Assembly: GCA_964487665.1 (NCBI GenBank)
Contig: CAZARR010000005.1
Location: 100-64,099 of the forward strand
DNA length: 64,000 nt
DNA from: an uncultured Pseudomonadales bacterium
GTDB taxonomy: Bacteria; Patescibacteriota; Microgenomatia; UBA1400; MFAQ01
Direction of reading: 5' to 3'
Shown: positions 19,210 through 32,019 of the stretch, in pieces
Numbering within the stretch: the first letter of the stretch is position 1
How the letters are laid out: every line of letters begins with the position of its first letter
Position numbers and translations under genes: made by a program
The notes under the pieces: generated by a model
Databases searched by the model: none
Seen by the model: the letters and a program-made list of their open reading frames with translations, nothing else
Told to the model about the DNA's origin: nothing

Positions 19210-19891
19210 AAGTGACGATTTGATTGTATTCAACAAACCGGCTGGTTATAGTGTGAATAAAATAGGAAGAGGAGAAATGAGTATCCAAAGCTGGGTCGAA
19301 AAGAATAGTATGGTAAATACCGATGGTACTGGTAAACTTTTCCGTAGCAGAGTTGGGATGTGTCATAGGCTTGATAAAGAAACTACAGGTTGTCTGGTTT
19401 TTGCCAAAAACGAGGCTAGTATGAATTTTGTTATGGATCAATTTAGAAAAAGAAAGATTAGAAAGGTGTATTTAGCACTAGTGCATGGTGTGCTAGATCC
19501 AGTTATTGGTTCGGTAAATCTGCCTTTGAGACGGAACAAAAAAGGTGGACAGATTAAATTCGAGATTGGTTATGATGGTAAAAGGGCTAGTACGAGTTGG
19601 AAAGTAATCAAGTCTGGAAAAATACGCGGTTTCCCGGTGAGTTTGGTAGAGTTACGACCTATTTCAGGAAGGACACATCAGATAAGGGTCCACATGGCGA
19701 GTTTGTCGCACCCAATTTTTGGAGACGCCGTATATTTAAGTAGGCGTCAGTCGGATGAAGACCGCAAATTGATCGGCCATCATTATTTACATGCAAGTAA
19801 AATTGGGCTAAATAGTCTTGGCGGTAAATCTATTTTGGTCGAGGCCCCAATCGATAAGGAAGAAAAAAAGATATTGTCGATGCTAGAATGA
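19181..19891 (+). CDS. RluA-family pseudouridine synthase
   Basis: Catalytic motif HRLDKETTGCLVFAKN. Length and C-terminal region fit RluA/RluD. Confidence 0.85.
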   Translation: MEKKIQILYESDDLIVFNKPAGYSVNKIGRGEMSIQSWVEKNSMVNTDGTGKLFRSRVGMCHRLDKETTGCLVFAKNEASMNFVMDQFRKRKIRKVYLALVHGVLDPVIGSVNLPLRRNKKGGQIKFEIGYDGKRASTSWKVIKSGKIRGFPVSLVELRPISGRTHQIRVHMASLSHPIFGDAVYLSRRQSDEDRKLIGHHYLHASKIGLNSLGGKSILVEAPIDKEEKKILSMLE

Positions 19892-19896
19892 AATAG

Positions 19897-21546
19897 ATGG
19901 TTGGCAATCAAATTTTGATTAGTTTGTTTCTGTTGCTTTTCTTTGCACTTGTCGGGTTAACAATAGCAAAAAAGATTTCGGTCCCCGCCTTGGTAGGGTA
20001 TTTAGCTATGGGGATGCTACTGAAGTATTTTGCTGACTTGATGTTGGTGGGGTTTGACGTTGGTATTGTAGACCAGTTCGCAAAAATCGGAGTAACTTTG
20101 CTGTTATTTTTATTGGGAATTGAATTTGAGGTAAAAAATCTTACTAGGTTTGGTGGAGTAGGGTGGTGGGGCAGCCTAATCCAAATGGTTGGGTGTTTTG
20201 TTATCGGGATAATCCTATTACTGTATTTAGGTTTGGGTTTTGTTCCCAGCATGGTGTTTGCGGGCTCATTGTCAATAAGTTCGACAGCACTGGGGGTAAA
20301 ATTGCTGGTAGATCGGCGAAAATTGGATTCCGTTGAGGGAAAAATTTTGACGTCATGGCTGTTGGTCCAAGATGTTGCGGTAATTCCCATATTATTAACA
20401 ATGTCATTATTATCCGGAAATAATAGTGTAAGGTTATTCGGTCTTACCGCTGTGTTTGTGGCGATTGTAATTTTTAAAAAATACGGGAGGATTCTGTTTG
20501 ATTATTTTGCAAGAGTTGGTGGAATGGAGGCGTTAGTAATGTTGTCTGTCGTGGTGGGACTTGGCTACGGACTTTTGTTTGAGTATTGCGGATTGAGTAT
20601 GGCTTTGGGTGGTTTTGTGGCAGGCGTGTTGTTATCTGAGACAAGCGAGCGTTACGAAATTTTCGCTAGGTTGTCTCCGGTACGCGACTTGTTTGCTGGT
20701 ATTTTCTTCTTATCGATCGGTTTCTTGGTTTCGTTCAGGGTGATGGCAATTAATTTTGCTTTAATCATGGCAGTTGTACTGCTGTTTGGCTTGTTAAAGT
20801 TTTTCTTTGGAATTATCTTGACCTTGTTTCAGCGTGTGTATTACAAGGCTAGCCTAGGGGTGGCATTGGGTCTTTTTGGGGCCGGGGAGTTTGCTTTTGT
20901 GATTGGTGCTTTAGCTTGGTCTGAGAATTTAATAGATTACGAGGGTATGTCAGTGTTGGTGGCTGTGGTAGTGCTAAGTATGTTGTTGGCTTCAATTTTG
21001 GGCATGACTGAATATAGGGTACAAATTATTCTGAAAGGTGTTCTGCTTCGTTTGGGAGGAAAGAACTGGTTGGAGGGACCAAGTAGGCATGAAAAGCTGT
21101 ATATGATTAATGGTCATATAATAATCTTGGGGCACGGTAGGATGGGAGGATTTTTAGTTAAAAAGTTGTTAGAGCAGTTTGATTCAGACAAACTGGTGGT
21201 GGTTGATAACAGTATTGATGAGGTTGAAACTCTTTCAAAAAATAATATTAGTTCAGTCTATGGGGATTGTGTCGAGGGAGATATTTTAAATGCGGCGGGT
21301 ATCGAACGAGCGCGAATGCTGGTAATTACTGTTCCGGGGGTAGATTTGGCCAAAAGAGCGGTAATGCTTGCTAAATCGGTAAACCCTAATATCTATATTG
21401 TGGCCAGGGCTCACTCCAGTGATGATAAAAAGCAATTGATACAGAGTGGCGTTGATAGGGTCGTGTTGGTTGAGGAATCGGCTGGTAGGCTGCTATACGG
21501 CCACATCAAAATAAAATATGGATCTAGAAATCGGGGGGTAGTATGA
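19897..21546 (+). CDS. CPA2-family cation:proton antiporter (KefB-like) with C-terminal RCK/TrkA-N domain
   Basis: About 12 TM helices, followed by IIILGHGRMGGFLVKKLL Rossmann (TrkA-N) motif. Confidence 0.85.
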   Translation: MVGNQILISLFLLLFFALVGLTIAKKISVPALVGYLAMGMLLKYFADLMLVGFDVGIVDQFAKIGVTLLLFLLGIEFEVKNLTRFGGVGWWGSLIQMVGCFVIGIILLLYLGLGFVPSMVFAGSLSISSTALGVKLLVDRRKLDSVEGKILTSWLLVQDVAVIPILLTMSLLSGNNSVRLFGLTAVFVAIVIFKKYGRILFDYFARVGGMEALVMLSVVVGLGYGLLFEYCGLSMALGGFVAGVLLSETSERYEIFARLSPVRDLFAGIFFLSIGFLVSFRVMAINFALIMAVVLLFGLLKFFFGIILTLFQRVYYKASLGVALGLFGAGEFAFVIGALAWSENLIDYEGMSVLVAVVVLSMLLASILGMTEYRVQIILKGVLLRLGGKNWLEGPSRHEKLYMINGHIIILGHGRMGGFLVKKLLEQFDSDKLVVVDNSIDEVETLSKNNISSVYGDCVEGDILNAAGIERARMLVITVPGVDLAKRAVMLAKSVNPNIYIVARAHSSDDKKQLIQSGVDRVVLVEESAGRLLYGHIKIKYGSRNRGVV

Positions 21547-22475
21547 GGAGGTGGGTTTTGGTATTGGGAGTTTTGTGGATTTGTTTGGTCGTGTTATTCT
21601 ACTTTTACAGAGGAGTAATGGAGTTTAGAAAATATAATTGGTTATTTTCGAATTTTGGTATTAATATAATGACTTTGGGGAAAGAAAGAGCCGTCCTACA
21701 ATTGCTAAAAGAGAACGAGGGCTTGTGCGAGTATGTCGACATACCAATGAACTTGGTGGTTGAAATGGGAAATGGAAGAAACCAAATAGCCCTCAGTTCC
21801 TTATGGGAGGCACGGAAATACGAACAAGGGGGTGTGTTGGGTCGAGATACCATGATAGACGCAGCGAGCCGCTCGTTTGGAATACCTATTCAGGTGGTTT
21901 TTCTGGCGACAAATTCGAGCATGGATTTTGATGCTGAGAACTTGGCTAATTCGCTTTGGGTGTTTTCAAGGAAAAGTGCTGGAGCTAGTTTGTGGAAAAA
22001 AGCGGCCTTGTATGTTTTTTCAAACAAAATGCTAACGAAATGTCAATTTGTTCCTTCTAATATATCTGAGCGAGTCTTCAAGAAAGAAAAGCAGGCGGAT
22101 GGACAAGTGGTGACGAAGATTGACCCAGAAGTAATGCGTTTGTGGGCAACTAGAAGGTGGTATGTTGATTCTATCGCATCGGCAAGGCCGTCTGTGTATG
22201 TTACCAACGCAAGTGGTGTTGAGGGAATTGGTAGAAGTTGGGGGTTAATGCTCGAAATATCTGGCTTCAAGGTTATTAGGGTTGATGCAGAGAGTGTAGG
22301 TACTAATGGGGGTGGAGGTTGTTTTGTTTCCCAAAATAGTGACAAAAATGGTAAGAAAGAAAGGGATATCTCGTATCGGTACTTGCTCGATTATCTTGGT
22401 TGTGAAAAGGGGGATGGGGGAGTTAAAAGGGGAACGACGGAGTCTGATTTTAATATCGTGGTTGGAAGGGAATAA
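21543..22475 (+). CDS. hypothetical membrane-anchored protein with LytR_C-like C-terminal domain
   Basis: N-terminal TM. C-terminal YVTNASGVEGIGRSWGLMLEISGFKVIRVDAE resembles the LytR C-terminal domain consensus (v.NgtgvaGlA ... L ... Gf.v). Confidence 0.4.
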   Translation: MRRWVLVLGVLWICLVVLFYFYRGVMEFRKYNWLFSNFGINIMTLGKERAVLQLLKENEGLCEYVDIPMNLVVEMGNGRNQIALSSLWEARKYEQGGVLGRDTMIDAASRSFGIPIQVVFLATNSSMDFDAENLANSLWVFSRKSAGASLWKKAALYVFSNKMLTKCQFVPSNISERVFKKEKQADGQVVTKIDPEVMRLWATRRWYVDSIASARPSVYVTNASGVEGIGRSWGLMLEISGFKVIRVDAESVGTNGGGGCFVSQNSDKNGKKERDISYRYLLDYLGCEKGDGGVKRGTTESDFNIVVGRE

Positions 22476-22487
22476 AAGGAGTTTTGT

Positions 22488-23240
22488 TTATTCTTCCTCG
22501 GGAAGGTAGTTGTCGTCATATATTTCTAATGGAATTTCGTTTAGGTTTGGGTTGTGGTGAGAGGGGATATGCACAGATTGAGTCTCGAAAGAAGGCTGAC
22601 CTTTAAATTTTCGGACGCGCCTTATTTCGATAATAAAGACTTCTACTTCGTTGCTGCCGACAGACTTGATCATAAACTGATACCTGTTCCCTGCACGAAT
22701 TAATTTACCCAAAAGAAGGCAAAAATCGTCTGTAAATCTTCCGATGTATTGATTTTGATTGTTTACGAGTTTGACAATTCGGCCGTTACATTTTACAGAA
22801 AGTTCTTGACCAACACAGAGTTGGGCCAATACGCTGGGCTCCGCGAGCTTTACCAGTTTAACGATTTTTGTTTTACCGGGTTCCTCGATAAAACTAATGG
22901 CGACTTGCTTGTGTGGTGTTCCAGTCGTAGTGGGTGTGGAGTTGGTTTTGATCATACTTTTGACTCGGCTAAGATTGTTAGTGGCGATATTGTTGAGGGG
23001 ATCTAGAGAAAGTATGTGTAGCAGCGTGTTTTCGGCAATTTTTAATTGACCAGACTCGATATATGCTTTCGCCAAACGATTGAGAGCGGGAATGTTGTCG
23101 GGGCTCTGATCGAGAATTGCCTGATTATTTTCGATTGCTACTTGCCATTCGCCAGTTGAGGCGGCCTTGATGCCTAATCTTTCAAGTATATAGATATCTT
23201 GCATCAGGAGAAATATATAGTGATTTGTTGTTATAATCAA
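22488..23240 (-). CDS. hypothetical protein with TPR-like N-terminal repeats
   Basis: ALNRLAKAYIESGQLKIAENTLLHILSLDP TPR-like helices. C-terminal half unassigned. Confidence 0.4.
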   Translation of the reverse strand: MIITTNHYIFLLMQDIYILERLGIKAASTGEWQVAIENNQAILDQSPDNIPALNRLAKAYIESGQLKIAENTLLHILSLDPLNNIATNNLSRVKSMIKTNSTPTTTGTPHKQVAISFIEEPGKTKIVKLVKLAEPSVLAQLCVGQELSVKCNGRIVKLVNNQNQYIGRFTDDFCLLLGKLIRAGNRYQFMIKSVGSNEVEVFIIEIRRVRKFKGQPSFETQSVHIPSHHNPNLNEIPLEIYDDNYLPEEE

Positions 23241-23247
23241 GACGCTT

Positions 23248-23778
23248 ATGTCGGGTCATTCAAAATGGTCGGGAATAAAACACAAAAAAGCCATTGAGGA
23301 TGCGAAAAAAGGGAAGACCTTTACAAAGTTAGCTCGGCAGATTTATGTTGCAGTAAGACAGTTCGGAAGTGGGGATCCTGGTAAAAATTTCGCGTTGCGA
23401 GCAGCATTGGATGAGGCAAAAACGATGAACATGCCTTCTGATAATGTGCGACGTGCTATTGACAAGGCATTGGGGATTAGTGATGGGAAAAACAGCAACG
23501 AAGAAGTTGTTTACGAGGGATATGGTCCGGGTGGTGTGGGAATTATGGTTACTATTACGACTGATAATAAAAATAGATCTGGATCGGAAATTAGGGGAAT
23601 GTTCGAAAAAGCTGGCGGGTCGTTGGGTGGGCCAGGAAGTGTTGGTTACTTAAGGTCAATTAACCCGCCAGTTTTTGTAAACTTGTCAGGCAATGATTTA
23701 GTTGCATGCATCAATCTGTTAAGTGCGCTAGAGGAGTTTGAAGAGACCGTAGAGGTGTGGTCAAACTTAAAACAATAA
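23248..23778 (+). CDS. YebC/PmpR-family protein, shortened (176 aa)
   Basis: MSGHSKWSGIKHKKAIEDAKKGKTFTKL ... YEGYGPGGVGIMV ... matches YebC. About 65 aa of the usual middle domain appear to be absent. Confidence 0.75.
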   Translation: MSGHSKWSGIKHKKAIEDAKKGKTFTKLARQIYVAVRQFGSGDPGKNFALRAALDEAKTMNMPSDNVRRAIDKALGISDGKNSNEEVVYEGYGPGGVGIMVTITTDNKNRSGSEIRGMFEKAGGSLGGPGSVGYLRSINPPVFVNLSGNDLVACINLLSALEEFEETVEVWSNLKQ

Positions 23779-23795
23779 AGTGACTCTTTATTTAT

Positions 23796-24623
23796 ATGAA
23801 TAAACGAATTCGGTTTGTAAGTTTAAGTTTGGTATTGACAGTTGTTACAGCCATTGGGGGTTTGTTAACAGGCGATTTTCGGATTATTGCAGTTCTAGTA
23901 ACTAGTTTGGCAGCATATATTTTGACCTGCTGGGTGTTGTTTGACGATTTGAAGGGGGTCGAGTGGTTTGTGTTGGGGATACTGCCGGTGTTGTATACAT
24001 TGGGTGTAAATACATTCCTCTTTTTTGTTCCCGAAGTTTTTCCAAGCATACTTGGAGCCCGATTTGATATTAACACGGCTAGGTTTATTGGGTTAATTGT
24101 GAAGACAGTTTTATTGACAATTTATGCGATAGGTTTTTATGCGATTCTTCTGACGGTTAATATTTTTTCAGTATCATCGATCAGGACTATTCAGCTGGCT
24201 CGAGCGGCAAGATCTGTGGGTTTTATTATGTCTTTGATATCGGCAATTTTTTTGTTTAATGTCATTTTTAGTCTGAGGTTGGTCTTTTACGCTAACATTT
24301 TGGTAGTGTTGCCGATAGTTTTTTTACTGTCCTTCCTTTGTCTTTGGTCAATAAATTTTCGTATGGCAAATTTAAAGGAGGAGGCTCGATTGGCAGGATT
24401 AATTTCGGTTTTGGTTGCTCAAGTGACTGGAGTCATATCATTTTGGCCAACAAAACCACTAGTTTCGGCATTTATTCTGTTGTCTGCTTTTTACTGCTTA
24501 TTGGGGGTATTCGAGAGGAGGTTGTCAAATAAATATTTTGTAGGATATTATCCGGAATATATGGTCTTTTTTGTTTTGGTTATTGTTGGAGTATTTTTAA
24601 CTGCCAGTTGGAGAAATTATTAG
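23796..24623 (+). CDS. hypothetical polytopic membrane protein
   Basis: 275 aa, about 8 hydrophobic helices. No family recognised. Confidence 0.45.
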   Translation: MNKRIRFVSLSLVLTVVTAIGGLLTGDFRIIAVLVTSLAAYILTCWVLFDDLKGVEWFVLGILPVLYTLGVNTFLFFVPEVFPSILGARFDINTARFIGLIVKTVLLTIYAIGFYAILLTVNIFSVSSIRTIQLARAARSVGFIMSLISAIFLFNVIFSLRLVFYANILVVLPIVFLLSFLCLWSINFRMANLKEEARLAGLISVLVAQVTGVISFWPTKPLVSAFILLSAFYCLLGVFERRLSNKYFVGYYPEYMVFFVLVIVGVFLTASWRNY

Positions 24624-25258
24624 TATCCGTTGAGCAAGAGTAGAGTATAGGCCTATAACTGAATACCCTATAACATTATTGTTTTCACGTTCGGTGATTC
24701 TTTTCACAAATGTGGAAAACTAGCAAAGGAAGTAGGTAAGCGCTATTGATGTCATGTGATATAGTGTCGGCGTCTGCGGGGTGGAGTGCGCCAAAGATAC
24801 AAGAACACGGTAGAGGGAGCTACCTTCACTCTTGGTAATTGTCGTTTATTATTTTAGTAACGAACTAAATATATCTTCGTCAATTTTTGTTGTACACTAC
24901 TCTACTTTAATTTGTTTCAGAGAGTAGTATGTTTGTGTAAATTAACCTAGTCGCACAAGGTAACATTTACGACGTGCAAATAAAATTATTCGTAAAAAAG
25001 TGAAGTAATACTTCCCGAGTTAAAATAAGTTACAAAATCTAGATTTAGGCACAAAATAGAAACCCCTCCCCCGTTTGATTTTTCGATACGGAGAACATGT
25101 TGAGATTCGCTCCTTCAATATATTGAATCGCATTTATTTATGTGATAGATAGGTCATATTTATATTTAGAAGGCGTTTTGGGGGCATTTAAACGCCTCGG
25201 AAAAAAGCAGTAAATTGTTAAACTTGTATCTTCGCGGCGGTTGGGGTAGATTGAATGT

Positions 25259-26209
25259 ATGAAAAAAGATCATAGAGAAGATCGCGATGTGACCCTTCCA
25301 AAATTAGTAATTAGATATCTAAATCACATTGAGATAGAAAAAAATTATTCTAAATACACGATAAGAAATTACCATCATTATTTAGATTTTTTTCGTAGAT
25401 GGTTCGAAAAGAATTACCAACAAGAATACATTCGTCGGCTTACTAATGAGATGGTCAGGAATTATAGGATATATCTGTCGCGGTTTCAGAATGATCGGGG
25501 CGAGCACCTCTCCCCTATCACCCAAAGTTACTATATCATCACCTTGAGAGCGTTTTTGAAGTATCTAATAAGAAAGGGCTATAAAGCGCTGAGTCCAGAA
25601 AAAATTGATTTACCGAAGATAGATGATAGATCTATCAAGTTTTTAAATGAGGATATGTTGTATAGACTGCTAGATCAACCAGGGATTTCTAGCATTGAAG
25701 GTTTACGGGACAAAGCAATTTTGGAGGTATTGTTTTCGACGGGAATGCGTGTAAGCGAGTTGGCCAAACTTGACCGTGAGAAAATTGATTTGAAAACGAA
25801 GGAATTCGGAATAATCGGTAAAGGCAGAAAAGCCCGAGTGGTTTTTTTGAATGACCGAGCTGTGAAGTGGCTGGGAAGATTTTTGGGTATGCGTAACGAT
25901 CACTATAAACCATTGTGGATTCGGTACTCGGGTAAACATACTGACCCTTCGACCGCAGGCGAGTCATTAAGGTTGTCGGTAAGGGGAATTCAACGAATTG
26001 TAGAGAAGTATAGAAAAAAGGCTGGAGTGCCGATAAAAGTTACCCCCCATGTGATACGGCATAGTTTTGCTACAACTTTACTACAACGTGGGGCGGACCT
26101 AAGGAGTGTGCAGGAAATGCTTGGTCATAAGAATGTATCTACAACTCAGATATATACTCATGTAACCAACCCACAACTAAAGAAGGTGCACGAAAAGTAT
26201 CTAGGTTAA
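25259..26209 (+). CDS. tyrosine site-specific recombinase (XerC/XerD-like)
   Basis: N-terminal core-binding domain. C-terminal catalytic R..K..HxxR..H..Y ([39 protein letters not shown]). Confidence 0.85.
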   Translation: MKKDHREDRDVTLPKLVIRYLNHIEIEKNYSKYTIRNYHHYLDFFRRWFEKNYQQEYIRRLTNEMVRNYRIYLSRFQNDRGEHLSPITQSYYIITLRAFLKYLIRKGYKALSPEKIDLPKIDDRSIKFLNEDMLYRLLDQPGISSIEGLRDKAILEVLFSTGMRVSELAKLDREKIDLKTKEFGIIGKGRKARVVFLNDRAVKWLGRFLGMRNDHYKPLWIRYSGKHTDPSTAGESLRLSVRGIQRIVEKYRKKAGVPIKVTPHVIRHSFATTLLQRGADLRSVQEMLGHKNVSTTQIYTHVTNPQLKKVHEKYLG

Positions 26210-28813
26210 GGAGGATAATTCTTTAACGTCGTTGGCTTTGTCAGTGCAAGTTATAGCGACGACCGAGTCGTCCTCTTTTGAGAGGCGCATTAAGATAACT
26301 CCTTGTGTAGGTCGCTGAAGAACTGGGATATTACGGATTGGTAGTTTAATGGCCTGGGCTGAGTTGGTAGTAATGACCAGATCTTCGGAATTTTCGGAAA
26401 CTAACATCGCTCCTGCTACCCGGCCGGTCTTCGGGCTTAGTTCGCAAACTTTTATTCCCTGCCCTCCCCGATTTTGGGCTCCATACTGATCTAATGGTGT
26501 GCGCTTACCCATTCCTTTTTCGGTAACAATCAGAAGGTCACGAAATATCTTTTTACGTTTATCTTCTGAGGTGTTGTTGGTTTGGCTAAACGTTTCCATG
26601 GTGATGACGTAATCTTCTTTCGTAAGCAAGATACCCCTGACACCCATGGTATCCCTGTCTGTAGGGCGAACGTCCGATTCGTGAAAACGGATTGATTTTC
26701 CGTATTTTGTTACGAGCAAACAGTCATCCGCACCAGATGTCTTTTTTACCCAAACAAGAGCATCGTCTTGGCTGAGTTTAATAGCGATCAGTCCATTACT
26801 TTTTATATTTGAATATTTTGAGAGCTGACTTCTTTTGACAACACCTTTTTTGGTAGTGAAAAAAAGAAAACCATTTTCGCGTTGGTCTGAATTTGCAAGA
26901 GTTAGCAGAGATTGTACGATTTCGTCAGCTTCGAGATTGATAAGATTTACGATGGCTTGGCCTTTGCTGGTTCGTGATCCATCAGGTAGTTCCCAAATTT
27001 TAAGTGAAAAGACTCGGCCTTTGTTGGTAAAGGCCATGAGCAGGTCATGTGTTCTGCAGTTGGCGATGAGGCGGATTTCGTCAGTATCTTTGACTGTCAT
27101 ACCGCTAACTCCTTTGCCACCACGTCGTTGGCTTCGAAATGCTGCCGGCGACATTCTTTTGATATAACCACTTTGAGTAAGAGTAACTATTGTTTCTTCG
27201 TTGGGGACTAGATCTTCTTCCGAGAATTCCCCAACTGGACCTTTGACTACTTTGGTCAACCGCTTGTCACCAAACTGTTCGTTAATTTGAACTAGCTCAT
27301 CCTTAATTATATTTAGAATTCTTTCTGGGTTTTTGAGATCAAGGATCAGATTTTCAATTTTATCAACCAGTTGCTTGTACTCTTCTTCAAGTTTTTGTCG
27401 TTCTAGGGCGGCCAGTTTACGAAGTTGCATGTCGAGAATGGCGATCGCCTGCAATGATGAAAGCATAAATTTGGACACCAGATTATTTTTTGCATCTTCG
27501 GTATCTCTGCTTTTTTTAATTGTTTCAATGATTTCGTCGATGTGATCTAGTGCTTTGAGAAGTCCCTCGAGTATGTGAGCTCGGTCGCGAGAGAGTCTAA
27601 GATCAAATTGGCAACGTCGCACAATTACTATTTGTCGATGTCGCACAAACTCTAATAGTATTTGCTTTAGATTTAGCAAACGTGGGCTACCTGCGGAGGT
27701 AAGGGCTACCATATTGGCTGGAAAGCTAGTCTGAAGTTCGGTGTGTTGATACAAATTATTCAAAACAGATTTTGGTCTGGCATCCCGCTTAAGATCGACG
27801 GCAATGGTCAGACCTTGACGGTCCGACTCGTCGCGTAAATCAGAAATACCTTCAATTTTCTTGTTTTTAATAAGATCGGCAATATGAGAAATAAGACGTG
27901 ATTTGTTTACTTGATATGGTAGTTCGGTAATTAGAATTTGCATTCTGCCACTTTTGTTTTCGGTGATTTCAGCCACTCCCCTAGTGACGATGTTAGCTTT
28001 GCCTGTAAGATAAAGTTGTTCAATTTCTTTTTGATCAAATATAATTCCTTTGGTGGGAAAATCTGGACCTTTGATATATTGAAGTAAGTCTGAAATTTCG
28101 CAACTTGATTCAATTTCGCCAACCAAGTATTCTGGTTTGGCTGTTTCTAGTTTTTCGTCGGATACTTGATTTGTTAGTGATACCTTTACTTTTTCGGTTA
28201 GAAAGATGGTGGCTGAGATAACTTCAGAAATGTTATGTGGAGGAATTTTGGTGGCCATTCCGACAGCAATACCCTCAGATCCCATCAATAGTAGGTTGGG
28301 TAATTTGCTTGGTAATACGGTCGGTTCTTGTTGGCTACCGTCAAAATTGTCGATAAAATTAACGGTTTTTTTATCGATATCTTCTAATAATGTGTCGGAT
28401 ATTTGAGCTAATCGAGTTTCGGTATATCGCATGGCAGCAGCAGAATCACCGTCTATTGATCCAAAATTTCCTTGTCCATCTACTAGTGGATAGCGCATGG
28501 AAAAAGTTTGTGCCAGCCTAACTAGCGCCTGGTAAACCGCTTGGTCTCCATGGGGATGAAATTTGCCCAAGACCTCCCCAACCACGCGGGCAGATTTTTT
28601 GTACGAACTTTTGTGGGTTAGATTCATTTCGCGCATGGCGTATAAAATTCGTCGATGGACCGGTTTTAGCCCATCACGTACATCAGGAAGAGCTCGGGCG
28701 ACAATTACACTCATAGCGTAATCCAAAAATGACTGTTCCATCGTAGGAATAATGTTCACGTTTTGGACGCGACCAATATCGGTGGGATCAGGAGTTTGTG
28801 GGAGTGGAGCCAT
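26201..28813 (-). CDS. gyrA: DNA gyrase subunit A
   Basis: [25 protein letters not shown]. Active-site Tyr region. C-terminal beta-pinwheel repeats. 870 aa. Confidence 0.97.
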   Translation of the reverse strand: MAPLPQTPDPTDIGRVQNVNIIPTMEQSFLDYAMSVIVARALPDVRDGLKPVHRRILYAMREMNLTHKSSYKKSARVVGEVLGKFHPHGDQAVYQALVRLAQTFSMRYPLVDGQGNFGSIDGDSAAAMRYTETRLAQISDTLLEDIDKKTVNFIDNFDGSQQEPTVLPSKLPNLLLMGSEGIAVGMATKIPPHNISEVISATIFLTEKVKVSLTNQVSDEKLETAKPEYLVGEIESSCEISDLLQYIKGPDFPTKGIIFDQKEIEQLYLTGKANIVTRGVAEITENKSGRMQILITELPYQVNKSRLISHIADLIKNKKIEGISDLRDESDRQGLTIAVDLKRDARPKSVLNNLYQHTELQTSFPANMVALTSAGSPRLLNLKQILLEFVRHRQIVIVRRCQFDLRLSRDRAHILEGLLKALDHIDEIIETIKKSRDTEDAKNNLVSKFMLSSLQAIAILDMQLRKLAALERQKLEEEYKQLVDKIENLILDLKNPERILNIIKDELVQINEQFGDKRLTKVVKGPVGEFSEEDLVPNEETIVTLTQSGYIKRMSPAAFRSQRRGGKGVSGMTVKDTDEIRLIANCRTHDLLMAFTNKGRVFSLKIWELPDGSRTSKGQAIVNLINLEADEIVQSLLTLANSDQRENGFLFFTTKKGVVKRSQLSKYSNIKSNGLIAIKLSQDDALVWVKKTSGADDCLLVTKYGKSIRFHESDVRPTDRDTMGVRGILLTKEDYVITMETFSQTNNTSEDKRKKIFRDLLIVTEKGMGKRTPLDQYGAQNRGGQGIKVCELSPKTGRVAGAMLVSENSEDLVITTNSAQAIKLPIRNIPVLQRPTQGVILMRLSKEDDSVVAITCTDKANDVKELSSLT

Positions 28814-28819
28814 TGTTTG

Positions 28820-29350
28820 TTAGCGGGACTGTTGATAACGTAATATTGATTCCTCGACAATCTTTTCGGCGACTGCCCTACTCTGCCATCCAGCTATTTT
28901 GACCCATTTGTTATTTTCGAGTTCCTTGTAATGTTCGTAAAAGTGACTGATTTTGTTTCGTAAATATTCCGGTAATTGTTCGACTGTGTCATATGAGGCA
29001 TACATTGGATCGATTTTTTTACCAGGAAAGGCAACGATTTTGGGGTCTATCCCCTCTTCATCCTGGGTTTCAATAACACCTGCAATGCGGCAGGAAATTA
29101 TTGTTCCTGTGGCGACAGGTTGGCTTGATAAGACAAGGACATCAACAGCGTCGTGGTCCTCACTCCAGGTTTGAGGTATGAAGCCATAATTAAAAGGGTA
29201 TGAAAATGCTGTGTGAAGAAAACGGTCGACGACAATAGAACCAACGTCATCGTGATACTCGTATTTGGTTGATGAGTTCATGCTGATTTCAATGACTACA
29301 TTAAACAGATTGTCTGTGTTTTTGCTTGGTATGTCGCTTAATAATGTCAT
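28820..29350 (-). CDS. ppa: inorganic pyrophosphatase (family I)
   Basis: DHDAVDVLVL, the DxDxxD metal-binding signature. 176 aa. Confidence 0.9.
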   Translation of the reverse strand: MTLLSDIPSKNTDNLFNVVIEISMNSSTKYEYHDDVGSIVVDRFLHTAFSYPFNYGFIPQTWSEDHDAVDVLVLSSQPVATGTIISCRIAGVIETQDEEGIDPKIVAFPGKKIDPMYASYDTVEQLPEYLRNKISHFYEHYKELENNKWVKIAGWQSRAVAEKIVEESILRYQQSR

Positions 29351-29374
29351 ACATTGATTATATTTGTTAATTTT

Positions 29375-31363
<1,989 letters not shown>

Positions 31364-31374
31364 TTATAAAGCGA

Positions 31375-31998
31375 TCAAGCAGCGTACAAACTTTCTACTA
31401 TGTGAAAAAAAAATGTATCAAGTGCAAGTTTTTTGTTAACGTTGGATTGTAGATCGTTTAGTAAGTGTTGGAGGTGTAAAAATATATTTTTTTTACGAAA
31501 CCCCTCCTCCGGAATAGAGTTCTTAACAAGACCTTCAATAAGTTCATCTGGGTTGCTAGTTTTCTGAATCAGATCAGTTAACGAGATAGCGTCGGAGTAT
31601 GTTTTTGGTAGCACATATTTATCAATTGGGATTTTTTCTGCGGTGGCGTAATTAGAATACTTTTTTAGTTGGCAGCGAGATGTTATTGTCGGAAGTAGTT
31701 GGTGTGGATTGGTGGTTAACATGATAATCAATTTCTCGGTTGGACATTCTTCTAAACACTTGAGAAGTGAGTTTTGTGCCGGTATTGATAATAAATCGGC
31801 GGGGTAAATTAGGTGGATTTCTAGTTCGAGCTTCGAGTTTAAAAGGCTAAGTTTGTTTTGAAGAATTTTTATAGAGTCGATCGAAATAAGTTTGTTTTCA
31901 ACGGTGGTAACTGAAGATATGGCTATGCCCGGAAAAAAATTACTGACGATTTGGTTGGGGTTTTCAATATAATGACAGTGGATGATGATAGGAGTCAT
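31375..31998 (-). CDS. holB: DNA polymerase III delta-prime-like clamp-loader subunit (short)
   Basis: LLKCLEECPTEKLIIMLTTNPHQLLPTITSRCQ matches the delta-prime LLKTLEEPP ... TLRSRC box. The track ORF runs to 32094; the internal ATG at 31998 avoids overlap with pilB. Confidence 0.55.
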   Translation of the reverse strand: MTPIIIHCHYIENPNQIVSNFFPGIAISSVTTVENKLISIDSIKILQNKLSLLNSKLELEIHLIYPADLLSIPAQNSLLKCLEECPTEKLIIMLTTNPHQLLPTITSRCQLKKYSNYATAEKIPIDKYVLPKTYSDAISLTDLIQKTSNPDELIEGLVKNSIPEEGFRKKNIFLHLQHLLNDLQSNVNKKLALDTFFFHIVESLYAA

Positions 31999-32019
31999 AT
32001 TGTCGAGTATACTGTAATT

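Noticed and set aside
24624-25258. RNase P RNA or tmRNA in the long non-coding spacer
   Set aside because: Could not find the P4 (AGGAAAGUCCGGGCUCC / ACAGAAA), GGUAAGAGCGCACC, or tmRNA tag-reading-frame/tRNA-like 3' end motifs by eye on either strand. Left as an unexplained spacer rather than an RNA gene.
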